Shown: positions 12,337 through 21,982, numbered from the stretch's first letter. The stretch is 64,000 nucleotides of DNA from an uncultured delta proteobacterium (GCA_963785725.1 CAWAWS010000039.1:480001-544000); one strand, 5' to 3'. Notes: generated by a model not told the origin, from the letters alone. A program made the numbers and translations.

Positions 12337-12717
12337 CTATTGGCTGGCGACTTCGGCGGTGCGGACGAGGCAGCTGAGGCGCAAGTTGTCGCGCGTCATG
12401 CCGTACGCCGAGCCGGGCACGCCGCGGCCCGATTCCAACGCCTCGCCGATGAGCACCACCGCGTCGCAACCATGGCTCGCGGCCTCCTCGCGGCCACGCG
12501 CGAGCGCGGTCTCGAGCTTCGTGCCGCTGCAGGTGATGAGGCCGACCTCGCGATAGCCGCCCGCCGGCCGCGCGGTCATGACCTGCACCGCCGACGGATC
12601 GCGCAGCTGCGCCGCGTATTGCCCCGTCTGCGTGAAGTCCGACGTATAGCAGCCGCCCGTCGTCGCCATCCCCAGTGCCATCGCCAACCCGAGCATCGTC
12701 TTCGTCTTGCGCAACAT
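12337..12717 (-). CDS. Small lipoprotein, hypothetical
   Basis: MLRKTK...TTGGC signal; GGGGAG RBS; sigma54-like TGGATCGtcgcTTGC at 12766-12780; EAASHGCDAVV resembles YbjQ-like folds. Confidence 0.6.
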   Translation of the reverse strand: MLRKTKTMLGLAMALGMATTGGCYTSDFTQTGQYAAQLRDPSAVQVMTARPAGGYREVGLITCSGTKLETALARGREEAASHGCDAVVLIGEALESGRGVPGSAYGMTRDNLRLSCLVRTAEVASQ

Positions 12718-12979
12718 GTTCGTCTCTCCCCGACGCTTCGTTGAAACGTGATGCGCCCACCTAGAGCAAGCGACGATCCAAGTCGAGCCGTCGCCGAATT
12801 CGTTGGCGCGCCAAGGGTTGTCGGGCGCGTTTGTGGCGCCGAGAACCACAGCCGGCCGATGCCACAGCCATCGCGCAATCTCGCGGCGCGCGCGTCATCC
12901 GCCGGCAAACCGCGGCGATCGCGTCCGGCCGCGGCCAACGCCTGCGCAGGACGCCGTTGGTGCTTATGCTCCGCTGCGA

Positions 12980-13705
12980 ATGCGCGCCTTGACCTTCATG
13001 CTCGTCGTCGTCGTCGCCGGCTGCTCCCACTCTCCGCGGCCGCGCGCGCCGATGGGCGCCGTGCGCTCGTCGCTCGTCGGCGCGCGCGCCGAGACCGTGG
13101 TGTTCTTCCTGCCCGGCCGCAAAGATCGCGCGCGCGTCTTCGAGGACAAGGGCCTGTTCGACATCGTCCGCGAGAAGCACTTCCCGGCCGACCTCATCGG
13201 CGCCGACGCCCACGCCGGCTATTACGAGCGCGGCACGTTCGAGCGCCGCTTCGACGTCGATGTGGTCGAGCCGGCGCGCAAACGCGGCTACGCCCATCTG
13301 ATCATCGTCGGCGTCAGCTTGGGCGGCTACGGCGCCGTGCGCTACGCCATGCGCCATCCCGGACGCGTCGAGACGCTCGTGCTGCTCTCGCCGTTCCTCG
13401 GCGCCGGCTCGTCGATGCAGGAGCTGGCCGACGCCGACGATCCCGACTTCGCGCGCACGTGGGAGTGGCTGCGGCGCTATCCGGGCGAGCCGCGTGCGCG
13501 TGCCGCCGCCGGCTATCCGCGCATCGTGCTCGGCTACGCCGAGGAGGACTTGCTGTTGCACAGCGACAGCGAGCTGAAGAAGCTGTTGCCGCCGGCGGAC
13601 GTCGTGACGATCCCCATCGGCGCGCACGAGTGGATCGCCTGGCGCAAGCTGCTCGGCGTCGTCCTCGACAAACACTTGATGGACCCGCCAGCGACGCCGA
13701 AATAG
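12980..13705 (+). CDS. Alpha/beta hydrolase lipoprotein
   Basis: VAGC lipobox; GVSLGG nucleophile elbow; GAHEW. Confidence 0.8.
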   Translation: MRALTFMLVVVVAGCSHSPRPRAPMGAVRSSLVGARAETVVFFLPGRKDRARVFEDKGLFDIVREKHFPADLIGADAHAGYYERGTFERRFDVDVVEPARKRGYAHLIIVGVSLGGYGAVRYAMRHPGRVETLVLLSPFLGAGSSMQELADADDPDFARTWEWLRRYPGEPRARAAAGYPRIVLGYAEEDLLLHSDSELKKLLPPADVVTIPIGAHEWIAWRKLLGVVLDKHLMDPPATPK

Positions 13706-13735
13706 CCGGTTTTGGTGACATATTGAGCCTCGGGA

Positions 13736-14722
13736 ATGAACCATAAGAAGCGTCAGCCGTGGACGCCGAGCGCCGAGCAGATGCGCCATTGGCCGGCGGG
13801 AATCTCGGGCAACGCCATCAACGGGCAGGGCGAAGGCAAGCCGCGGCGGCCGTCGGTGGTGTATTGGCAGCTGCCGCCGGAGTCGATTCCGCACGGGCCG
13901 TTGCAGACGTACTTTTATGCGCGCACGGCGGCCGCCGACGAGCGCGTGGCCGAAGCGCGGCGCGAGCGCCAGCAGGCGCTGGAGCTGCCGCTCGATCCGA
14001 TCGCGGCCGTGCCCGTCGCGCGCGCGGCCGGCGAGTGGGCGACGGCCGCGAAGGCGGCTGCGCGCGACGCCGGCGCCGACGACGCCGGCGTGACCGACAT
14101 GCGCGCCGACTACGTCTTCGCCGGGCACGGCGTCCCGACGCAAAAGTGGATGATCGTCCTCGCGCTGGCGCAGGACTATCCGGCCATCGCCAGCGCGCCG
14201 TCGACGCGCGCGCTCTGCGAGATCACGCGGCAATATGCGCGCGGAATTCGCACGGCCAAGACGCTGGCGAGCTGGATTCGCCGCCAAGGCTACGACGCGC
14301 TGCCGTATGGCGGTCCGATGGCGGGCGCGTTCTTGCTGATTCCGGCGGCCATCGAGGCGGGGCTGGGCGAGCTCGGCAAACACGGCTCGATGATCCATCG
14401 TCGCTTCGGCGCCAACTTTCGGCTCGCCTGCGTGCTCACCGACCTGCCGCTCGTCGCCGATGGGCGCGACCGCTTCGGCGCCGACGACTTCTGCGCCAGC
14501 TGCCGCGTCTGCGTCGACGCCTGCCCGCCGGACGCCATCGCGCCGCGCAAGCAGCTCGTCCGCGGCGAAGAGCGCTGGTACGTCGACTTCGACAAGTGCC
14601 TGCCCTATTTCAATGAGCACGAGAGCTGCGCCATCTGCTTGGCGGTCTGCCCGTTCAGCCGGCCGCAGATCGGGCCGCGGCTCGTCGACAAGCTCGCCCT
14701 CCGCCGCGCGCGCCGCGGCTGA
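13736..14722 (+). CDS. Reductive dehalogenase / QueG-like cobalamin- and 4Fe-4S-dependent protein
   Basis: AGLGELGKHG...FG..FRL..VLTDLPL; FCASCRVCVDACP; CAICLAVCPF. Confidence 0.8.
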   Translation: MNHKKRQPWTPSAEQMRHWPAGISGNAINGQGEGKPRRPSVVYWQLPPESIPHGPLQTYFYARTAAADERVAEARRERQQALELPLDPIAAVPVARAAGEWATAAKAAARDAGADDAGVTDMRADYVFAGHGVPTQKWMIVLALAQDYPAIASAPSTRALCEITRQYARGIRTAKTLASWIRRQGYDALPYGGPMAGAFLLIPAAIEAGLGELGKHGSMIHRRFGANFRLACVLTDLPLVADGRDRFGADDFCASCRVCVDACPPDAIAPRKQLVRGEERWYVDFDKCLPYFNEHESCAICLAVCPFSRPQIGPRLVDKLALRRARRG

Positions 14723-14766
14723 TCGCCCTCGCCGACCAGCCGCGCGCGTCCGACGAATCAGCGCTA

Positions 14767-15756
14767 CTAGTTGGGGATGAAGATGAGGGTGAGCTGCGTG
14801 CGATAGAAGCCCATCTGGCCCGTCGACGTGGCGCCGAGGAGATAGACCGGGTACGTGCCGGCGGCGGCGGCGGGGAAGATCGCGGTGCGGGTCATTGCCT
14901 CGGTGTCGTTCGGCGTCAAGTAGAAGTACTCGGCGTCGCCGCTGCCGGCCGACGCGGTGGCCGAGGTGGAGAGGGTGAGCTCGCCGGACGTGACGCCGCC
15001 GGCCAGGCAGTCGTAGCCGGCGCCGGTGGCGGGCGACGCGCAGTAGACGTCGGCGGAGCCGATGGCCACGATGGTTCCCGGGCCGGGCACGGTGAGGCTC
15101 GCCGTCTGGGTCGACACGGTCGCCGCGGCGGTGGATGCGATGACGGGGCCGGCCGAGTAGGTGGTGACGGCCGGGGTCTTGCCGTTGGCGGCGCTGGGAT
15201 CGCCGTTGCAGGCGTAGCTGGTGGCGACGACTTCGCCGGGATCGAGGACGCCGTTGCCGTTGGTGTCGGGCCCGGTCTGGATCTTGGTGCCGCCGTCGGC
15301 GCAGTTGGCACCGGCGGGCTCGTTCGAGCTCAAGATGAGCATCGGCGTGCCGTTGCAGATGTTGCGCGTCGAGGTGACCTCGGTCGGATCGAGGACGCCG
15401 TTGCCGTTGGTGTCCGGTCCCGTCTGAATCTGCACGCCGCCGCCCGGGCAGGTGGTGCCGTCGGGGATCGGGCCGGCATTGGTGATGTAAGAGACGCCGT
15501 TGGTGCCGTTGGTGCCGTTGGTTCCGTCGGTCCCGTCCGTGCCGTTACAGACGTAGCGCGTCTGCGTCACTTCGCCGGGATCGAGCACGCCGTTGCCGTT
15601 CTTGTCCTCGCCGACCGTGATCGCGACTCCGCCGTTCGGGCAGTTCGCGCCCGCCGGCTCGGTCGCCGTGGCCACGAGCGCGTCATGCCCGTTGCCTCCG
15701 CACGCCGCCACGATCGCGAATAACGCCGCCCCCCAAACCATCGCTTGCTTGTGCAT
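14767..15756 (-). CDS. Surface lipoprotein with three EPAGANC/DxNGNGxLD repeats (DUF7151-like)
   Basis: VAAC lipobox; three repeats C..GG..I..G.D.NGNGVLDP.EV....CNG; GT(D/N) triplet linker; GGAGGGG RBS. Confidence 0.75.
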   Translation of the reverse strand: MHKQAMVWGAALFAIVAACGGNGHDALVATATEPAGANCPNGGVAITVGEDKNGNGVLDPGEVTQTRYVCNGTDGTDGTNGTNGTNGVSYITNAGPIPDGTTCPGGGVQIQTGPDTNGNGVLDPTEVTSTRNICNGTPMLILSSNEPAGANCADGGTKIQTGPDTNGNGVLDPGEVVATSYACNGDPSAANGKTPAVTTYSAGPVIASTAAATVSTQTASLTVPGPGTIVAIGSADVYCASPATGAGYDCLAGGVTSGELTLSTSATASAGSGDAEYFYLTPNDTEAMTRTAIFPAAAAGTYPVYLLGATSTGQMGFYRTQLTLIFIPN

Positions 15757-16002
15757 GTCACCCCTCCGCCGCGCACGGTAACAGAAGAGGCGTATGCGAA
15801 AATGCAGTCGGGCCTACCGCCGCGACGCCCGGCCGGTCGATTTCGCAGGGAATCGTCCGTCGCTGCTGTGATTGGGGGCGCGCGTGGGTGCGGGGCCGAC
15901 CGACGCGCCCACGGCCCGACCGTCGCGACCGATGCGCCCTCGCCCGGCCGGCCCGACATACGCGCCGCTGCCCGACAGGCGCGCGCCGCCGCCGCCGTCC
16001 GC

Positions 16003-16992
16003 CTACTTCGCGCCGCGCGCTTCTTCGCTGCGAAAGTACGCCGCCTTGCGCGCGCGCATGACGTTGCCGAGCGGCCGATGCACCGCCAGCGCGTTCCACG
16101 GATCGAACGTCGTCGCCTCCACCGCCGCCGTCAGCTGATCCGCCTGCCCGTCGCCGATCGACTGCGGCGGAATCGTCAGCCGCCCCACCGTCACGAACGG
16201 CGCCTCCGCCTCCGGCCACGCGTTGGTCGCGTCCTCGATCGGCGTCGTCGCCTCGTCGACGAAGAACTGCAGCTGCAGCGCGAAGCGCACCGGTCCGCGT
16301 CCGAGCTGCGCCCGCATGTCGCTCGCCCAATCGAGCGCTCGCGCCGACGACAGCGCCGACGTCTCCGGCGAAATCCGCACGCGCATCGCATAAGGCCCAC
16401 ACGCGATCGGCGCCGCGCTGTAAAACGGCTCGCTGGCGAAGCCGGTGAACTTCCCGCCCTGCGCCATCGTCAGCTGCTTCAGGAGCTTGATCGCGCCCAA
16501 CAAACCGTGCTCGTGCACCAAGTGTTTGACGAGCGCGATCGGGCCTTCGGCCGCCGCCAACACCAGCCCGACGAACGGCTCGACGCGCGCGAAACCGAAC
16601 GCCGCCCGCTGAATGAGCGCGAACTCCTGCGACTTGCACTCGCCGCCGTCGAGCGCGTTCTTGCCGCTGACGCCGAGCACCTTGATGCCGAAGCCGCGAA
16701 TGTCGCCGCGCGAGTCGGCCTGCTTCTCCATGCTGCCGTTGGACAAGCGAATGCGCGCGTCGTACGTCGCCGCTTGGGCGAACAGGCCGTGGCGCGCGTG
16801 CTCGGGCAGGTCGGCGAAGACTTCCAGGCTCGCGCTGAGGCCGGTGACCTGCTTGCGATGGAGCGCGCGTCCGTTGCCGTATTTGGCCGACTTGCGCTTC
16901 TGCATGGCGACGAGCTGCTGGGCGAACCCGTCGAAGCGGTCGTCCTCGCCCGGCTCGATCGTCTCCTGCCACTGCGTGCTGGGTGGTTTCAC
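16003..16992 (-). CDS. Short catalase-related heme protein
   Basis: RALHRK (distal His), IRLSNGS, DIRGFGIKV, LQFF, FDPWN..HRPLG, RARKAAY (proximal Tyr). Confidence 0.8.
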   Translation of the reverse strand: MKPPSTQWQETIEPGEDDRFDGFAQQLVAMQKRKSAKYGNGRALHRKQVTGLSASLEVFADLPEHARHGLFAQAATYDARIRLSNGSMEKQADSRGDIRGFGIKVLGVSGKNALDGGECKSQEFALIQRAAFGFARVEPFVGLVLAAAEGPIALVKHLVHEHGLLGAIKLLKQLTMAQGGKFTGFASEPFYSAAPIACGPYAMRVRISPETSALSSARALDWASDMRAQLGRGPVRFALQLQFFVDEATTPIEDATNAWPEAEAPFVTVGRLTIPPQSIGDGQADQLTAAVEATTFDPWNALAVHRPLGNVMRARKAAYFRSEEARGAK

Positions 16993-17363
16993 GAAGGCCT
17001 CGCTCGTTGAATGAAGGACGACGACTGCGACGACCGCCGACGATACCGACGGCGCTCGGCCTCCGCAAGCGCACAACCGCTCGCGTTTGCCGCGCTACAG
17101 CGGCGGCTCGTCGCGCACACGTCGGCGTCGTTGGTCCGCGGCATGCGGCGTCCGCAGCCGACCGCGCGCCGCATTCCGCAGCCGCTGACGCGTAGACGGG
17201 CGCGCCACTCCGCGCGCCCGTGCATTCGCCGGCTTGCGCCGCGCGTGCTGTAGACCGGCGCGCCACGGATGCCGCCGGTTCGGTCGCGCTCGCCGGCTCC
17301 TGCAGCTGACGTCAGCTCGATCCGCGACCTCTATTTTCGACAGTTATCGCGCGTTTCCCGCGA

Positions 17364-17378
17364 GGCATATCGCTTGCA
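17364..17378 (+). promoter_or_regulatory. sigma54-like promoter
   Basis: GGCATATCGCTTGCA; the same 14-mer occurs on the minus strand at 48553-48566. Confidence 0.6.
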
Positions 17379-17391
17379 CAACGTCGCGCGC

Positions 17392-18714
17392 ATGAAACGC
17401 ATCGCGCTCCCACTTCTCGTCTTCATGGCCGGCTGCGGCGGCTCGTCCGGCGACACCAGCATCACGACCACCCCCACCGGCTCGCAGCTCGTCATCGACG
17501 ACGACGACTTCGAGTTCGATCCCACCATCCCGCAAACGCCGACCGCGGCCACCACGTTCATCATCACCAACCAAGGTCACACGCGCACCGGACAGCTGAC
17601 CGCCATCGTCAGCGGCGACGACGACTACGCCTTCACGATCACCCAAGACAGCTGCACGAGCCAGGTGCTCGTCGCCGGCGCCATGTGCCGCGTCGCCGTC
17701 GCGCTCGCCGCGTCGCGCATCGGCGCGTTCGAGGCCGACCTACGCGTGAGCGGCCTGCCCGGCGGTATCGCCAAGGCGCACGTGCACGGCGAGGTCGAGG
17801 ACGCGACGCTCGTCATCTCGCCCATCGACTTCGGCGGCGTCCCGACCGGCACGACCGGCCCCACGCTCACCGTCAGCATCACCAACGCCAGCAGCGTCGA
17901 CAGCGGTGCGCTCGCGCTCAGCCCGTTCAGCAGCACCGAGATCGCCGTCGTCGCCGACAAATGCACGGGCGTGTCGCTCGGCAGCGGCCAGGTGTGCACG
18001 CTGCAGCTGGCCTACGCGCCCGCGCTCGGCGACAGCAATCCGCTGGCCGACTCGCTCGTCGTGTCGGCTCCGTCCGCCGGCGCCGTCGCGCAGCCGATCA
18101 CCGGCTCGCCGATCTTGCCGGCCGCGCTCAGCGTCGAGGATTACGACTTCGGCAGCTACGGCGCGCATTACGGCCCGTTTACGACGCACGCGATGACCGT
18201 GACCAACTCGGGCTCGCTCACCGCCAAAGTTGGCGTCGTCGCGCTCGCCAATCCGACGCTGAGCGGCTTCGTCATCACCGCCGATCATTGCACCGGCGTC
18301 GCGTTGGCCGGCGGCGCCACCTGCGATGTCGACGTGCGCTCGCTCTCGTACAACGTCACGACGAGCACCGCCGTCGCGCTCGCCGACACGCTCACCGTCA
18401 AATTCCAAAGCGGCGTCACCGCCACCGCACAGATCAGCGGCAGCGTCAGCATCGACTACATCACGAGTAGCATCGGCGTGTCGCCGTCGACCGACTACGG
18501 CTCCGTCACTTCCAGCGACGGCCAGACGGCAGACCTTTCGGAGTCCACCTTCTTCTGGCCGCTGCATCCGACGGCGGCGGTCACGCTCACCGCGCAACCC
18601 AAAGCCGGCCACATCTTCAACGGCTGGACGCAGGGCATTTGCAGCAGCATCGGGCCAAACACCTGCACCTTCACGCCGGCTCCCGGCATCGTGCTCTTCG
18701 CCTACTTCAACTGA
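17392..18714 (+). CDS. Lipoprotein with three Ig-like (choice-of-anchor D / ASH-like) domains and an InlB-B-repeat-like tail
   Basis: MAGC lipobox; repeats DFG....TN.G....D.C.G..L..G..C; VTLTAQP..G..FNGW tail. Confidence 0.7.
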   Translation: MKRIALPLLVFMAGCGGSSGDTSITTTPTGSQLVIDDDDFEFDPTIPQTPTAATTFIITNQGHTRTGQLTAIVSGDDDYAFTITQDSCTSQVLVAGAMCRVAVALAASRIGAFEADLRVSGLPGGIAKAHVHGEVEDATLVISPIDFGGVPTGTTGPTLTVSITNASSVDSGALALSPFSSTEIAVVADKCTGVSLGSGQVCTLQLAYAPALGDSNPLADSLVVSAPSAGAVAQPITGSPILPAALSVEDYDFGSYGAHYGPFTTHAMTVTNSGSLTAKVGVVALANPTLSGFVITADHCTGVALAGGATCDVDVRSLSYNVTTSTAVALADTLTVKFQSGVTATAQISGSVSIDYITSSIGVSPSTDYGSVTSSDGQTADLSESTFFWPLHPTAAVTLTAQPKAGHIFNGWTQGICSSIGPNTCTFTPAPGIVLFAYFN

Positions 18715-18722
18715 CGCGCGAC

Positions 18723-19268
18723 TTATGGCTGCGCGTGCGCTTCGACGTGGCCGGCATCGCTGCGACCAACGACGACGCTCACCGCGGCCGGCACTTCCAC
18801 GCGCGTCGCGGTCGCCGTCGGATTTGTGGTCGCGGCCGCCGCGTCGTTGGCGCGCATGCCGGCGAGCAGCGGCGCGCCTTTGTCACTCTTGGGCGGACGG
18901 CCGCGCCGCTTCGCCAGCGGCTCGCCCGCCGCCGTCGCCGCGTCGACGGCGCGCGTGCGTCGCGGCAGCGCGATGGGCTCGAGGCGCGCCTCCAGCTGCG
19001 CGTCACCTTCCGCGAACACGCGCAAATAACCGAACGCGCGATGGGCACGCGTCAACAGCGCCTCCTGCTGCTCGCCGAGGAGCTGGCGCGCCGTCTCCAG
19101 CGCCGCCTCCGCGTCGGCGACGGCATCGGCGGCCGCTTCGACGTCGTGCGCGGCGCTCGCCAAGAGCTCGCCGTCGACATCGGGAAAACGCAGCGTGGCC
19201 AGCTCACCGGCCAACAGCTGCATCAAGGAGCGCACGGGCGCGGGAACCGGATCCATGCCGTTATCCAT
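18723..19268 (-). CDS. Hypothetical coiled-coil protein with AT-hook-like KRRGRPPK motif
   Basis: Ala/Glu heptad helix, KRRGRPPK; promoter TTGCGC-N18-TATGTT-N6-ATG. Confidence 0.65.
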   Translation of the reverse strand: MDNGMDPVPAPVRSLMQLLAGELATLRFPDVDGELLASAAHDVEAAADAVADAEAALETARQLLGEQQEALLTRAHRAFGYLRVFAEGDAQLEARLEPIALPRRTRAVDAATAAGEPLAKRRGRPPKSDKGAPLLAGMRANDAAAATTNPTATATRVEVPAAVSVVVGRSDAGHVEAHAQP

Positions 19269-19271
19269 GAA

Positions 19272-19287
19272 CTGAACATAAGTGCAG
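19272..19287 (-). promoter_or_regulatory. Candidate LexA (SOS) box, Myxococcus type
   Basis: CTGCACTTATGTTCAG (CTG-N10-CAG ending GTTCAG) overlapping the -10 element. Confidence 0.6.
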
Positions 19288-19395
19288 TTGATGGGAATGC
19301 GCAAGAAATTCTTCGCGCGGCCAACGCCAATGACGACGTGGGCGACGGAAACTCCGTTGGGCGCCGCGACCGAATGCGGCTAGATTCTCTCGGCT

Positions 19396-20094
19396 ATGTC
19401 GAGCCTTCCGAACACGGGCGTGCAGCGAATCGTCCATCACGAAGATGCCATCGGTTGGTTGTTGGCCAAAGGGCGCATCGCGGGCGCCAGCATCATCACG
19501 TCGCTGCCCGATGTCTCGGAGCTGCCTAGCCTCGGCTTCGACGGCTGGCGCCGCTGGTTCGTCGACGCCGCCGCCTTGTCGATGGAGTGCGCCAGCGACG
19601 ACGGCGTCGCCATCTTCTTCCAGAGCGACATTCGTCATCACGGCGCGTGGATCGACAAGGGCGCCATGGTCACCGAAGCCGCGCAGCGCACCGGCATGAC
19701 GCCGCTGTTCCACAAGATCGTGTGTCGCTTGCCGCCGGGAACGCCGACGTCGGGACGCGCCAGCTACGCGCACCTGCTCGGCTTCTCGCGTACGCCGCGA
19801 CCGCCGCGGCGCGCGACGCCCGACGTGCTCGCCGACGGCGGCTTCCGGCCGGGCAAGAAGGCGATGGGCGTCAACGCGTGCAAGGAGGCGTGCGAGTTCG
19901 TCCGCCGCGACACGAGCAATCACACCGTCGTCGATCCCTTTTGCGGCTGGGGCACCGTGCTCGCCGTCGCCAACGCGCTCGGCTTGCACGCCGTCGGCGT
20001 CGATCATTCGGAGCGCATGTGCCGGCGGGCGCGCGCGCTCGAGATCGACTTGGCCGCGCCCATGGCCATCGAATCGGCCGAGCTCTCGCGTTGA
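19396..20094 (+). CDS. SAM-dependent methyltransferase (N4/N6 DNA-methylase-like fold)
   Basis: ITSLPD (degenerate motif IV) precedes VVDPFCGWGT (motif I). Confidence 0.7.
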   Translation: MSSLPNTGVQRIVHHEDAIGWLLAKGRIAGASIITSLPDVSELPSLGFDGWRRWFVDAAALSMECASDDGVAIFFQSDIRHHGAWIDKGAMVTEAAQRTGMTPLFHKIVCRLPPGTPTSGRASYAHLLGFSRTPRPPRRATPDVLADGGFRPGKKAMGVNACKEACEFVRRDTSNHTVVDPFCGWGTVLAVANALGLHAVGVDHSERMCRRARALEIDLAAPMAIESAELSR

Positions 20095-21272
20095 CGCTGC
20101 CTTTGCCGCGGCCGGTTTGCGAGCGCTGTCGCCGGCCGACGGTGGTCTGCTTCTGCGCGCACTTGCCGCAGCTGCCGACGCGAACGCGCGTGCTCGTGCT
20201 GCAGCATCTGCGCGAACGGCGCGTCGGCATCGGCACGGCGCGCATGGCGCATCTGGCGCTGCCCAATTCGATCATGCGCGTTGGCATCGACTTCGAGCGC
20301 GACGCGGTGGTCAAGGCGACGCTGGCGGAGCGCGCGGCGAGCTACATCCTGTTTCCCGGGCCGAACGCCGTCGACGTGCGCGCGCTCGATCCGGCGCAGC
20401 CGATCACGCTCGTCGTCGTCGACGGCACGTGGTCGCAGGCGCGCACGCTGATTCGCGTCAACCCGACCTTGGCGGCGTTGCCGCGGCTGGCGTTTTCGCC
20501 GCGGCAGACGAGCGAGTACAACCGCATTCGCCGCGAGCCGGCCGACTTCTGCGTGTCGACGATCGAGGCGCTCACCGAGGTCTTGCGCGCGCTCGAGCCC
20601 GACGGTGACCGCTTCGAAGAGGTGCTGGCGCCGTTTCGCGCGATGGTCGAGCGGCAAGCGCGCTTCGCCGTCGAGGTGCAGTCGCATCGTCATCAGCGCC
20701 TGCACGAAGGCGAGCGGCGGCCGCCGCGCAGCCGGCGCCAAGTGCTGGGCGAGCGGCTGCAGGCCGAGTGGGCGCGGCTCGTGTGTGTGCAAGGCGAAGC
20801 CAACGGCTGGCCGGCGCGCGACCCGGCGCGACAAGATCCGGAGACGGTGCACTTCGTCGCGCTCAGGCCGGCGACGGGTGAACGCTTCGAAGCGCGCGTC
20901 GCGCCGCGGCGGCCGCTGGCGCCGATGACGCCGCGTCACGTCGGCCTGGCCGAGCCCGAGCTGCGCGCCGGCGGCACGGTCGCGCAGTGGCATGCGGCGT
21001 GGCAAGCGTTCGCGCGGCCGCATGACGTCGTCGTGCAGTGGGGCAGCTTCGCGACCAATCTGGCGACGGATGAGGGGCTGGCGCTGGCGACGCGGCGCAT
21101 CGATCTGCGCGGCGAGCTGTCGTACGCGGGGATTCGACCGCGCGGCGGCACGCTCGACGCGTCGGTCGCGCAGCTGGGCGCGCAGGTCGCGCCCGTCGAC
21201 TTCGCCGGACGCGCCGGCGAGCGGCTGGCGCAGCTGCACGCCGTCCTCATCGCGCTCGTCAGGCCGCAGTAA
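20091..21272 (+). CDS. DTW-domain tRNA-uridine aminocarboxypropyltransferase-like protein with long C-terminal extension
   Basis: CERC....CFC, LQH.RE...GTA, VVDGTWSQA, Y.RIRREP, STIEA; TTGA overlap with the upstream stop. Confidence 0.85.
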   Translation: MTLPLPRPVCERCRRPTVVCFCAHLPQLPTRTRVLVLQHLRERRVGIGTARMAHLALPNSIMRVGIDFERDAVVKATLAERAASYILFPGPNAVDVRALDPAQPITLVVVDGTWSQARTLIRVNPTLAALPRLAFSPRQTSEYNRIRREPADFCVSTIEALTEVLRALEPDGDRFEEVLAPFRAMVERQARFAVEVQSHRHQRLHEGERRPPRSRRQVLGERLQAEWARLVCVQGEANGWPARDPARQDPETVHFVALRPATGERFEARVAPRRPLAPMTPRHVGLAEPELRAGGTVAQWHAAWQAFARPHDVVVQWGSFATNLATDEGLALATRRIDLRGELSYAGIRPRGGTLDASVAQLGAQVAPVDFAGRAGERLAQLHAVLIALVRPQ

Positions 21273-21289
21273 CCGACCGTCGTGCAATC

Positions 21290-21682
21290 GCCACGCGCAT
21301 CCTCTATGCCGGCGTCATCGGCGGCGGTGTCATCGACGGCGCGATCGGCCTGGGCGGCTTGGCCACCATGATCGGCGGTGCCAATAATGTCGCTCATCAT
21401 CATTCGGCCCTTGGTTGGCGCATCGTCAACTACGTCTTCGGCGGCCTCAACCTCGCCCTCGGGCTCACTTGGGGCATCCTCGCGGCCAACCGCACCATCG
21501 ACCCGACGCTCGGCGTCGCCGTGGCCGTCCCGCACTTGGCCATCGGCGCCGCCAATCTGGCCGTCGCGGTCCTCTCGACACGCCACAGCCACGACGTCGT
21601 CGCCTTGTCGATCGCGCCCATGGCCGGCCGCGACGTCAGCGGTCACTCCATCAATGGCGTCAGCCTGCAAATGACGTTCTGA
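21290..21682 (+). pseudogene. 5'-truncated paralogue of the 21983-22474 membrane protein
   Basis: Co-linear with the downstream gene (TMIGGAN...GWRI.NYVF...APMAGRDVSGHSI.GVSL.MTF); similarity continues upstream of the first start codon; no signal peptide. Confidence 0.5.
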
Positions 21683-21982
21683 ACGACTGCGCCAACGCCT
21701 CGACCGTCCACTTCGCCCGCCATCGCCACCGCACGTCCCGCGCGACGACATCGACGCCGACTCGACCCGCCGACGCCGCTGCGACGTTGCGCGCGCCTGC
21801 TCGAGCGCGTCAGGCCGCCACCGGCTCGGTCGCGCCGCGCACCGTTCGGCGTCCGTCAGCCACGTCAACGATTGCGCGTCTGCGCTGTCGAGGCTTCACC
21901 GCGATGTGCGGCAAGCACGCGCCAAGCCCTTGTCGGGCGCGGCTTTCGGACTTGCGCACCGTCTTTGCAATGCGCGCTCGGT

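Noticed and set aside
19396..20094. Restriction-modification system
   Set aside because: No nuclease or specificity gene nearby, and motif IV is non-canonical.
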